NCBI GenBank assembly: GCA_011605725.1
Contig: JAAOZP010000012.1
Coordinates: 128,001-192,000, forward strand
Source: Nitrososphaerota archaeon
Lineage (GTDB): Archaea > Thermoproteota > EX4484-205 > JAAOZP01
Reading direction: 5' to 3'
Length of the DNA: 64,000 nucleotides
Part shown: positions 20,334 through 29,487 of the stretch, piece by piece
How the letters are laid out: each line of letters begins with the position of its first letter
Position numbering within the stretch: position 1 is the stretch's first letter
The notes under the pieces: model-generated
What the model saw: the letters and a program-made list of their open reading frames with translations, nothing else
Database searches by the model: none
What the model was told of the DNA's origin: nothing
Made by a program: the position numbers and the translations under genes

Positions 20334-21386
20334 CTACTCCACCAGTGGTAGAGCCACTTTACTCCCAGTTCTATGAGCCCTGTATATGGCGAGGACAATC
20401 TCCAGCGATTTCCTCGCCTCCTCACCGGGGACTGCAGGAGGCCTATCCTTCAGAATCGACTCAATAAAGTCCCTAACAGTCTCATCGTGTCCAAGGAACG
20501 GGGTTACTGTCTCCATTCTTTCCCCCACGCTTTCTTTACTCACAACCGTCCCGCTTTCCTCACTCCACTCCCTTGCAACCCTCTTATCACTCCCTATGAT
20601 GACGGATTTTCTGCTACCGTAGATCGCGACCCAATCCTCCTGGGGTCGAAGGTCAACGCTCCCTAGTATGTAGCCTATTGCACCGCTCTTAAAACGGAGT
20701 ATTGAAACAGCGATGTCCTCGGTTTCAATACTGTGCATCCTAGTATCGTATATCCCATAGAGATATTCCACCGGCCCCATTATCCATTGCAAAAGATCCA
20801 CAAGGTGGATTGTTTGATTTATTAAGGCTCCTCCGCCCTCAGTAGCCCATTTTCCACGCCAAGACTTTGCGACTTCATCCGCATGGTAGTAGGTCTTGTC
20901 TTCACGATACCATTTTACGACGGCTTCACCGTATATCGGTATTCCGAAGTCACCGTTTTCAAACTCTCTCTTCACCCTTTGAACATCCTGCGAGAAACGG
21001 TTTTGAAAAACTATTGCAAGTTTCACGCCGTTTTTTCTACAGGCACTAATCATTTCGTCCGCCTGCTTTAGAGATATTGCTATTGGCTTCTCGCAGAGAA
21101 CATGCTTAAAGTGTTCTGCAGCTTTTATCGTTATTTCAGCATGCAGGTGGTGGGGCGTACAGATGCTTACCGCATCAACACTCCTGTCTTTCAACAGGTC
21201 TTCATAGTTCTCGTAAACACTGGCATGCTTAAGGCTGAACCTCTCAGCCAGAGCCTTCGCTCTTTCAACCCTGCTGTCGGCGAGAGCAGTTATCTCAGCC
21301 ATACCTGATTTCAAATAGCCGGAGACGTGGGAAGCCGCAATCCCGCCGCACCCGATTACCCCGACTCTCACTTTCTCTCCGCCCAT
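20334..21386 (-). CDS. Gfo/Idh/MocA family oxidoreductase
   Basis: GCGGIA, CTPHHLH, CEKP, GGGALINQTIH. Confidence 0.9.
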   Translation of the reverse strand: MGGEKVRVGVIGCGGIAASHVSGYLKSGMAEITALADSRVERAKALAERFSLKHASVYENYEDLLKDRSVDAVSICTPHHLHAEITIKAAEHFKHVLCEKPIAISLKQADEMISACRKNGVKLAIVFQNRFSQDVQRVKREFENGDFGIPIYGEAVVKWYREDKTYYHADEVAKSWRGKWATEGGGALINQTIHLVDLLQWIMGPVEYLYGIYDTRMHSIETEDIAVSILRFKSGAIGYILGSVDLRPQEDWVAIYGSRKSVIIGSDKRVAREWSEESGTVVSKESVGERMETVTPFLGHDETVRDFIESILKDRPPAVPGEEARKSLEIVLAIYRAHRTGSKVALPLVE

Positions 21387-21482
21387 TTTCGTATCGTCAC
21401 GGATGAATCAGGAGCAGTATATAAATGATGTGATTAGAGGAGCATCACAACGTTTATAAGCCTACCGTTTCCACGCAAAATT

Positions 21483-22754
21483 ATGGAGAGGGAGAAAAGA
21501 TTCATAAAGATTTTTGAAGAAATCCCCAACACTCCAGTGATAGATATTCACACGCATCTGAACCCTGTGAGGCTGAAAGCTAAGGATTTATCTGAAATAA
21601 TCCTATACCATTACATTGCTACGGAGCTTGCTTCCTCAGGAATGCCTAGAGAAATACTTGACATAGAGGATCCTGATGAAAGAGTTAGAAGGGTCATCCC
21701 ATTTCTTAAAAACGTGAGAAACACGTCGACCTTCTGGGCTTTAAGAAGGGTTTTCAGCCTCTTTGATTTTAACGAGGAGCTGACTGAGAAAAGCTTTGCT
21801 CTGCTTAAAGACAAATTTATGGATTTTGAGAAAAACTTTGACGGAGTCAGTTTTCTGAGGAAAAGGGTCAAGGTTGAGAAAGCATTTCTAACACTACAAT
21901 TCACGGATACTGGTTTAACTTTCGACACTTCCTTCTTCACAGGCTCCCTGAGGCTTGAAAGACTTTCGAAGGAGTTTTCGAAGGAATCACTCGGAATGCT
22001 TGAGAACCTTTTCTCTTTAAAAGTAAACAGTGTTAGAGGTATGAGGGAGGCTGTAGGAGAAGTATTTGACAAGTTTAAAGAACGTATTTCGACAATCACC
22101 ATTAGCTTGAATCCTAGTGAAACCATTGTTACAGACCATAGAGAGGAGCTTGTTGACGAGGCGATACGGAAGACCGAGACGGGGGGAAGGCTTAGCCTAG
22201 AGGAGAAAAACGCGCTTCTATCATTCGTAGTAGAAGAATTTCTCAAACTAATTAAGGATGAAGGGATTGTGTTTCAGCTGATGCTGGGTGTTGAAAGACC
22301 TGTTGTTGGAGCCTCTCCACCGGATTACGCGATAGTTGTGAACGAACCCAGCCAACTGCTCTCGCTCTGCCCATTGTTCCACAAGTATAAAGAGGTTAGT
22401 TTCGACCTTATATCTGCAAGCAGAACGCAGACTCATGAGCTTGACGTGATTGCTAAAAACTACAGGAATGTTTACGTATCAGGCTTCTGGTGGTACTCAT
22501 ACTATCCCTCCATAATGATGGAGAGAACGGTTGAGAAGCTCCAAATGCTGCCTGTGAACAAGTGGTGTGCGTTCTTCAGCGATGCCCAGGTTCCAGAATG
22601 GGTTTTCGGTAAGGCGCAGCTGGTTAAACATCAGCTGGCCATTACCCTAAGCGATTTAGTTGAGAAAGAATATTTAGATTTGCAGCTTGCACTTGAAACA
22701 GCAAGAAGTTTGCTTTACGAGAACGCGTTAGAAATCTATCGTTTGAAACGATAA
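21483..22754 (+). CDS. uxaC: Uronate (glucuronate) isomerase-like, amidohydrolase superfamily
   Basis: IDIHTH, YHYIATELASSG, FQLMLG, WWY, FFSDA; divergent from canonical UxaC. Confidence 0.65.
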   Translation: MEREKRFIKIFEEIPNTPVIDIHTHLNPVRLKAKDLSEIILYHYIATELASSGMPREILDIEDPDERVRRVIPFLKNVRNTSTFWALRRVFSLFDFNEELTEKSFALLKDKFMDFEKNFDGVSFLRKRVKVEKAFLTLQFTDTGLTFDTSFFTGSLRLERLSKEFSKESLGMLENLFSLKVNSVRGMREAVGEVFDKFKERISTITISLNPSETIVTDHREELVDEAIRKTETGGRLSLEEKNALLSFVVEEFLKLIKDEGIVFQLMLGVERPVVGASPPDYAIVVNEPSQLLSLCPLFHKYKEVSFDLISASRTQTHELDVIAKNYRNVYVSGFWWYSYYPSIMMERTVEKLQMLPVNKWCAFFSDAQVPEWVFGKAQLVKHQLAITLSDLVEKEYLDLQLALETARSLLYENALEIYRLKR

Positions 22755-22818
22755 GCTAGCACGCTATTTGTCGAACGCGATTACCATGCTCTCAAGACCC
22801 TGCGTGTTGAAGATAAGC

Positions 22819-24414
22819 CTATACTAACTGTTTAAGCCTTCTTATATGACCTTTTCCAACACCTCGAACAGCACACCCGTTTTTCAAATACTCGATTATC
22901 TTCCGGTCGTCGACTATGTTAAAAGCATCCACGATTGCAGGCGTACCCCCGTTCATTCTTAGGACTTCCTCAGGCTCTAGTTGAAGGTAAACCTTATGCC
23001 TGACGGCGAAGACTATTGCGTCAACCCCTTTAACAACCTTCTCTAAATCCTGCTCAACCCTCAGGTTCTTCAAATCCTCCTGATTCCTGAATTGCTTTGC
23101 CAGTGAGAACTCGTCTTCATCCTGCTGGGCGAACTCCGGCCAAACCTTCACGTAAGGGTCGTGAACCCTTATTTCAAAACCCATTTCCCTAAGCCTTCTT
23201 ATCAGGATCTCTGAAGGAGAATGACGAGTATCACCTATATCAGCAAGGTAAGAGGCTCCGAGAACCGCTACAGTCGAGCCTTTAATATCCCTACCCGCCT
23301 CTCTAAGAGCATCCGCAACCAGATCGGCGGTGTGAAGCGGCATTTTATCATTAATGTTTATCGCTTCAATAGTGTACGGCACGCCTTCGCAACATCCGAA
23401 TATTTCCTTGAAAGCCCAGTTAGCCAGCACGCTATCCTTCGTTAAACAATACCCGCCTACGCCTAATCCAGGGTTCATAATGTTACTGTGGGTTGGGCGA
23501 ACCCTTATTCCGGGTAGAACCTTCCAAAGATCTATACCTATTTCCTCAGCCCTAAGCGTCCAATCATATATGAAGGCTATGTTAACAGCCCTGTAGGAGT
23601 TTTCAAGTACCTTCGCAACTTCGGAGGCAGTAGTATTTTCAGCCTCGTAGAGAGGGTAAGTTATCACTCGCGACAAGAATCTTCGCGCAAGCTCCGCACT
23701 CTCCGCATCTATCCCAGCCCATGTTCTCCAGAAGTCCCTTATCGAGCTGACGTATTGTCTGCCCGGCATAACCCTTTCATAGGAATGAGCTAGATGCGGC
23801 GGCTTAGTTATACCCCTTTTCTCCCTCTCCTCCTTGAGAATCGGAAGCACGATTCTCTCGCAGGTTCCAGGGGGCACGGTGGTTTCAACCAGAACGAGAG
23901 CATCCTCCTTCATATACTTCCCTATCGTTCTGCAGCCGGCTTTGAAAGCATCCAGCTCAACATATCCCGCCTCAGCCTTTCCGAAAACAGGTTTCACAGC
24001 GTCAAGCTGTATGTCGACAACAATTATGTCGGCAAGACCCAGCGACTCCTCGCAGCCAGTAGCCATCAGGGTCTTCTTTTCAAGAACCGTCCTCCGGAAT
24101 ATTTCAGGTATCTCCGGATCCTCTGCACTCACAGGGGGTTTCCCCGAGTTTATGTACGGGATTTTCCAGTAGGATCTTTTAGAAGGCCTCTGATAGCCAA
24201 GTACGAAGTACGGAGAATCCTTCGCATCCGCGACGACGGCAGCCATAACCGCTCCGACGAAACCAAGCCCCATGACAGTAACTATCTCTCTACCGTGGGC
24301 ACGCTGATCCTCAACTATCCCCACTATTCTCGCAAACTCAGCCTTCAACTCATCTTTAGACGGAATACTATATGTAACGCCGTCCGGTGAAACAGAATAC
24401 TCTGGCATTTCCAA
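22819..24414 (-). CDS. Nucleotide-sugar dehydrogenase (UDP-glucose/GDP-mannose dehydrogenase family)
   Basis: GLGFVG, ETTVPPGT, HSYERVMPG, KVLENSYRAVNIA, GVGGYCLTKD (catalytic Cys), DTRHSPS. Confidence 0.88.
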   Translation of the reverse strand: MEMPEYSVSPDGVTYSIPSKDELKAEFARIVGIVEDQRAHGREIVTVMGLGFVGAVMAAVVADAKDSPYFVLGYQRPSKRSYWKIPYINSGKPPVSAEDPEIPEIFRRTVLEKKTLMATGCEESLGLADIIVVDIQLDAVKPVFGKAEAGYVELDAFKAGCRTIGKYMKEDALVLVETTVPPGTCERIVLPILKEEREKRGITKPPHLAHSYERVMPGRQYVSSIRDFWRTWAGIDAESAELARRFLSRVITYPLYEAENTTASEVAKVLENSYRAVNIAFIYDWTLRAEEIGIDLWKVLPGIRVRPTHSNIMNPGLGVGGYCLTKDSVLANWAFKEIFGCCEGVPYTIEAININDKMPLHTADLVADALREAGRDIKGSTVAVLGASYLADIGDTRHSPSEILIRRLREMGFEIRVHDPYVKVWPEFAQQDEDEFSLAKQFRNQEDLKNLRVEQDLEKVVKGVDAIVFAVRHKVYLQLEPEEVLRMNGGTPAIVDAFNIVDDRKIIEYLKNGCAVRGVGKGHIRRLKQLV

Positions 24415-24425
24415 CCCTCCGGATG

Positions 24426-26759
24426 CTACTCTCCATGTTTAAAGATTATTAAGCTTTTCCACGCGCTTCCCGGCGATCTCCATCCTTCGTCAACAACCAT
24501 CCCGTTAAGGTTCTCCCTGTCGATTATCGTCCTTTTCGCAAGCGAACTCTTAACAAAGCATTTTTTCAGAATGCTGTTCCACACTATAGCACCCCTCTCG
24601 ATCCTGCTTTCCTCAATCATCGAGTTATGCAGGACGCACCAAGGCTTAACGTGAACCTCGCCCCTGAAAACGATTTCCCCACTCAGAAAAGAATTCACAC
24701 CCACATAGAAATGTACATCACCATACTCCTCCAAGCCAGGTATCTCGGTGAATGCTAAAGACCTTAACTGCCTTGTGAACTTTTTATCAAACTTCTTTAA
24801 GCCACCCTCTTTCTCAGCAACCATCATCATAGTCTGTAGAAAACGTTTCACCCTGGGTTCCACATATATTCGCGCACCCAGGTCAACAGTAACACCGAAA
24901 ACCTTTTCAAGAGCCTCCAAAGAAAACCCTTCTAACGCTTCCAAGCCGGAATGATCCAGCTCTGGAGTTCCCCTTATTCGAGCACAGGCCTTACCGTCTT
25001 CAAGGTAAAACACCATATTCCTCATAGGCTTGAAGGCCTCGACTTCAGCCTGAAAGACATCGCATTTCTCAAGAACCGCCTTCTCTCCAACTGTTGAGTC
25101 CACTATAACTGAGTCAACTATCCTAGCGTTCTCCCCAATCCTGACAACACGCGGGGGCATAGCTATGATGAAAGAATTACTTATGCTGGAACCATCACCT
25201 ATAGTCACATCCCCCCTTATGTCAACTCTGCCTGAGAAAACAACACCTTTCCCTATCCTGTCAGCGTTAAAATCCTCGCCCACAGTTATTATAGCATCCT
25301 CTCTCACCACGCAACCTTTCTCCGTAAGCATTCTAGCCAGCCTCTTAGATTGCAGCATCGCTCCAACCCTAGCCTCACTCCTGTAGTCATATCCTTCTCC
25401 AACACCCTCTTCACCTTTAAGCAGATATATGTTAATCCTCTCCCCTTTTGAAACAGCCTCTTTAGAGACCTCTGGCAGGAAGTATTCTCCGCCAGCATGC
25501 CTCTCTAAAACATATACTCCAGGAGGGCTTGGCCCAATCCTTCTGCACAAATTTATCGAGAGCAGCTCCTCCCTGGATAACCCATGCCTCTTTTCACCTG
25601 GTTTTAAGGAGAAAATTTCAGAGTTCGGCACCACGATCTCTGAACCATCTTTTAAAACCCGCCCGTAGTTAGGAGCGTCAACATCCCTAATCACGTTAAG
25701 ATAAACCTCAACGTTCATCGCCATCAACCCCGTGTTCCTCTCCCTTATAGCGTTAAGATAGTCTGTTGAAACCTTGAAGTCGAGAAGGTTCACCTCCAGC
25801 GAACCGATGTTTCTCCTCTGCTCCTCAGTAACACCGATTTCATCCTGCTCCTTTATGTCTAGAAACTCGTCTGACATTGGGTCGAAAAGCAGAGCCTTCC
25901 CGTCTAGCCTAACCCTTCTTTCCTCAAGCTGCTCTCTTGAAAGAACTATTTTCCCCCCTGGAAGCGCTTCTCTTATAGGGTGGTATATGCATACTTTGTC
26001 TCCAGCCCTATCGACGTCACGCCTACTTAGGAAGACGTATGATGCCCATTCACCGTATTTACCAGTATCCACTTCTGGAAGCCTGAGCGCAATCAGTTCC
26101 CCGCTTCTAATCATCCTGTTTATCTTCAGCGATTTCTCATCCTTAACATCCTTCTCATCCACCAGTCCTAGAACCTTCTTTGGATACCTGACTATCCTCC
26201 CATACATGAATGGGTCTCCCTTGTCTGACGTTACTATAGTGATCTTAGCACCGGAAGACACGTGACTCTTTATAATGTTCCTTATCTCTTCCGGAGGCAC
26301 GGTTGGCACATCCCCGTAGTAGATGAAGACGTATTTCGCTCCACTTTCCTCAACAAGCTTCTTACCCTCAAAGCTGGTTGCTGCAGCACCCGTACCCTTG
26401 TCACCAGGATTGTCGAAGAAAATCCTGACGTTACTCCATTTCGCAACTATGGCTTTCAGATCCATCAACGCCTTGAGGTCTATAAGGTCCCGCTCATCCC
26501 TACACTCCTCAATACTCTCCCCAACTCTTCTGCCTGCTGAAAGAAGAATCGATTTCACTAGGCCGCACTGCATTATGGTGCTGAATATAGTGTCCAAGTA
26601 GGTTTTCCTCCAGAAAAGGTCTCTCATCGCCGGTTTCGAGATGGTGTCAGTATACGGGTCTAACCTGGTCCAGAGCGGTGTAGACCTGAAGCCTGAGCCG
26701 CCGGCAGGTACAATTGCAACAGTGCTTTCCCTAATCTTTTCTTCAGACTTGCTTCTCAT
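24426..26759 (-). CDS. Enlarged GlmU-like sugar-1-phosphate nucleotidyltransferase with left-handed beta-helix C-terminal regions
   Basis: PAGGSGFR...SKP, GTGAA, YGDVP, YGRIVR, ERNTG, EYFLP, followed by hexapeptide repeats (IGKGVV, IGDGSS, IGENAR, VGEKAV). Confidence 0.7.
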   Translation of the reverse strand: MRSKSEEKIRESTVAIVPAGGSGFRSTPLWTRLDPYTDTISKPAMRDLFWRKTYLDTIFSTIMQCGLVKSILLSAGRRVGESIEECRDERDLIDLKALMDLKAIVAKWSNVRIFFDNPGDKGTGAAATSFEGKKLVEESGAKYVFIYYGDVPTVPPEEIRNIIKSHVSSGAKITIVTSDKGDPFMYGRIVRYPKKVLGLVDEKDVKDEKSLKINRMIRSGELIALRLPEVDTGKYGEWASYVFLSRRDVDRAGDKVCIYHPIREALPGGKIVLSREQLEERRVRLDGKALLFDPMSDEFLDIKEQDEIGVTEEQRRNIGSLEVNLLDFKVSTDYLNAIRERNTGLMAMNVEVYLNVIRDVDAPNYGRVLKDGSEIVVPNSEIFSLKPGEKRHGLSREELLSINLCRRIGPSPPGVYVLERHAGGEYFLPEVSKEAVSKGERINIYLLKGEEGVGEGYDYRSEARVGAMLQSKRLARMLTEKGCVVREDAIITVGEDFNADRIGKGVVFSGRVDIRGDVTIGDGSSISNSFIIAMPPRVVRIGENARIVDSVIVDSTVGEKAVLEKCDVFQAEVEAFKPMRNMVFYLEDGKACARIRGTPELDHSGLEALEGFSLEALEKVFGVTVDLGARIYVEPRVKRFLQTMMMVAEKEGGLKKFDKKFTRQLRSLAFTEIPGLEEYGDVHFYVGVNSFLSGEIVFRGEVHVKPWCVLHNSMIEESRIERGAIVWNSILKKCFVKSSLAKRTIIDRENLNGMVVDEGWRSPGSAWKSLIIFKHGE

Positions 26760-26807
26760 GCTGAAAACCGTGGAGTAAGAGCTTTTTTAAAGTTTGAGGA
26801 GAGTTTT

Positions 26808-28379
26808 TCAAATAAGACAAGCACCCTCAACAGGGCTGACGAGAATAATGCCGTTTCTCCGCCTACTCTCGTCACGATAATACTCTCTCCCCAACACATC
26901 CATAACCTTATTAACAGCCTTCTTATCCACAAGGATTTCGACACAGCCTCCTAGACCGGCACCTACTATGGATGCCCCTAGAGTTCCCGGAACCTTTAAC
27001 GCAGTATCGACAAGGAAATCAGTCTCCTCAGTTCCACAACCATAATAGCCCGACTGAAACTCCAGTCTAGCGTCGCCTCCTAAACGGGTAAGCTCTTCTA
27101 AGTATTCATCAGTCACTCTCACACGCCATTTCACTCCTGACTTAACCACTCTGTCAGCGTCGTGCGAAACATTCATCAGCCTTCCGAAAAGCTCCACGTC
27201 ACCTGGTAGAACCCATTCTGTTTTCCTGCTCCGCTCACACTCTGAAATCCCGAATAAGCATACTCCTCTCAAGTCGTATCCTTCCCTCGGCTCCTCATGC
27301 TCTTTAAACAGTTTGCTTAACCATTCTTCTTTCTCAGGCAGTAGACTTCTAAGCTCACTCCTACTTATTCTCTCAGGCAGCGATTTAATCATCCTATATA
27401 TTTCGGAAGTCTCGAAGTTCTCAGGATTAATATCTCTCAAATACTCAAACTTCCTCAATTCAGGGTTAAATTTCTTCATAAGCTCAAATCCAAACTCATA
27501 CGTAGAAACCTTTTCGTTAAAAATACTCCGAGCCCCCGTCATCTTGCTTGCCGCAACAAACGAGTTACACAGAATAATGTTGACACCGGTTGGAAAAGGT
27601 ATGTAAGATATTTTGAACGGAAAGAAGCCTATATGACTCACGAAGCCTTTTTTCGAAAAAAGCATAGCCGCCTGATCTCCCCATCCACCCCTAGTCCCCA
27701 CGTACCATTCCCCTATGCCAGTGTATTCAACCATCTTCTCCCTCGGGATTTCAAGGCCATTCAGGCTTGAAACCGTCAAATATGTTGCAACGACTAATGC
27801 TGATGATGAGGAAAGCCCTGCGGACCTAGGTATATCCCCATAGCAGACTATGTTTGCGCCTAGAAGCTTTTTCTTGTAGGAGCCACCGTTCATGTAAACA
27901 TTCTGCAGATAGCATACGGATTTAACATAGTTTATCCAGGATTTTCTCTCACTCTCCGTTTTCTTCTCAATGTTTTCCTGAGTCCACTTTCTCCATTCAT
28001 CCACTGTAGATATTTTTTCTGCGGGCAGTTCCTCCCCGATTTCAAACCTTCCTGATTCAAAATTTTCCTCCGCATTATGAATCTCGATGAAGGAGTCCTC
28101 TCTTCCCTCAGCAACCATTATGACTTCTCTCGGAATAACTATCGGGTTTACGAAGCCTCCTCTGTGATCAACATGCCTCCCCATCAGGTTCACCCTACCC
28201 GGAGCCCTAACTATAATCACCCTTCTCTCAAAACCATATGTTTCGCCAAACATCTTCAACACCCTCAGAATCACCCTCCTCCTTTCTTCCATGAAATCCG
28301 GCCCATACATCTCAGCCAGCCTACTAGCCCCGGGACCCGTGTTGAGGAAATCGATCCATGAGGAAACAGTTCTCAACAT
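26808..28379 (-). CDS. GHMP galactokinase-family sugar-1-kinase with an altered substrate motif
   Basis: APGRVNLMGRHVDH, PRSAGLSSSSA, GWGDQ, GAGLGGC. Confidence 0.85.
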   Translation of the reverse strand: MLRTVSSWIDFLNTGPGASRLAEMYGPDFMEERRRVILRVLKMFGETYGFERRVIIVRAPGRVNLMGRHVDHRGGFVNPIVIPREVIMVAEGREDSFIEIHNAEENFESGRFEIGEELPAEKISTVDEWRKWTQENIEKKTESERKSWINYVKSVCYLQNVYMNGGSYKKKLLGANIVCYGDIPRSAGLSSSSALVVATYLTVSSLNGLEIPREKMVEYTGIGEWYVGTRGGWGDQAAMLFSKKGFVSHIGFFPFKISYIPFPTGVNIILCNSFVAASKMTGARSIFNEKVSTYEFGFELMKKFNPELRKFEYLRDINPENFETSEIYRMIKSLPERISRSELRSLLPEKEEWLSKLFKEHEEPREGYDLRGVCLFGISECERSRKTEWVLPGDVELFGRLMNVSHDADRVVKSGVKWRVRVTDEYLEELTRLGGDARLEFQSGYYGCGTEETDFLVDTALKVPGTLGASIVGAGLGGCVEILVDKKAVNKVMDVLGREYYRDESRRRNGIILVSPVEGACLI

Positions 28380-28467
28380 TCTGCTGAAAATCGTCTTGAG
28401 AATTCATATTTAAGCGTTGATTAACGGTTTGCGAATTCTTATATATCTATCAAGAGTTAGGGAAAGC

Positions 28468-29487
28468 ATGCCTGTCAAAGTGGCGGTTTATGGATTGGGG
28501 CCTATAGGGACACTCATAGCCAGAAAAGTTTTAGAACGGGAAAACCTTGAATTGGTAGCAGCTTTCGAGATAGACCCTTCTAAAATAGGCATGGATGTCG
28601 GTGAAGCGATTAGTATAGGTGAGAGGATTGGCGTAATTGTTTCAAGAGAGTCTGATGCAGCCGAGATCCTGAAGATAAGTGGAGCAGATGTCGTGCTTCA
28701 CGCAACCTCCTCCCACCTGGATAAGATATACCCGCAGATCGTTAAATGCGTTGAAGCAGGTGCTGATTTAATCTCGACTTCAGAGACGCTGGTAAACCCT
28801 TGGTATCGATACCCTAAGCTTGCCTCAGAAATAGATAGAATGGCTAGGGAAAACAATGTTTCAATAATGGGTGCCGGTGTAAACCCGGGGTTCGTGTTCG
28901 ACGCTCTACCAATACTTATGACGCTTGTTTGCATAAGAGTAGACTGTTTGAAAGTCATAAGGTCTTTAGACGCTGGGAAGAGAAGACTTTCTTTCCAAAA
29001 GAAATACGGGCTTGCCTTAAGCGTCGAGGAGTTTAGGCATAAAATGGATAGCGGCGAGATAACGGGACACATAGGGTATGGAGAATCCGTTGACCTTATA
29101 GCATCTGCGCTGGGAGTAAACCTAACTAGGATTGTTGAGGGACAGGAACCAATAGTCTCAGCGAAACTGTTGAAAACTCAATACTTTGAAATAATGCCTG
29201 GAAAAGTCTCGGGAATACATGGCTACGGAATAGGATATGTTGGAGAGAAAGAATTCATCAGGGTTGAGCTGATAGCTGAAGCCGGTAGGGAAGAGTTTGA
29301 AGAAGTAATCATCCAAGGGGAACCGCCGGTGAAATGGAGAAGTACAGGTATCCCAGGTGATACTGCTACTGCTGCAGTGGTGATCAACCTTATTCCGAAG
29401 GTTTTAGAAGCAAGGTCAGGCTTACTTAGGATAACGGATATTTCCCTGCCCTCAGCCTTCTCAAATTTAAAAGCCAGTAATTCTTGA
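28468..29487 (+). CDS. NAD(P)-dependent amine dehydrogenase (2,4-diaminopentanoate dehydrogenase / DapB_N family)
   Basis: GLGPIG, HATSS, GVNPGF, GHIG, GDTATAA. Likely start ATG 28468 (track 28417). Confidence 0.75.
   Translation: MPVKVAVYGLGPIGTLIARKVLERENLELVAAFEIDPSKIGMDVGEAISIGERIGVIVSRESDAAEILKISGADVVLHATSSHLDKIYPQIVKCVEAGADLISTSETLVNPWYRYPKLASEIDRMARENNVSIMGAGVNPGFVFDALPILMTLVCIRVDCLKVIRSLDAGKRRLSFQKKYGLALSVEEFRHKMDSGEITGHIGYGESVDLIASALGVNLTRIVEGQEPIVSAKLLKTQYFEIMPGKVSGIHGYGIGYVGEKEFIRVELIAEAGREEFEEVIIQGEPPVKWRSTGIPGDTATAAVVINLIPKVLEARSGLLRITDISLPSAFSNLKASNS

Noticed and set aside
21429-21449. TGTGAT-N9-ATCACA inverted repeat between divergent TATA boxes (CRP-like half-sites)
   Set aside because: Only 6-bp arms, wrong spacing for CRP, and no second copy noticed.
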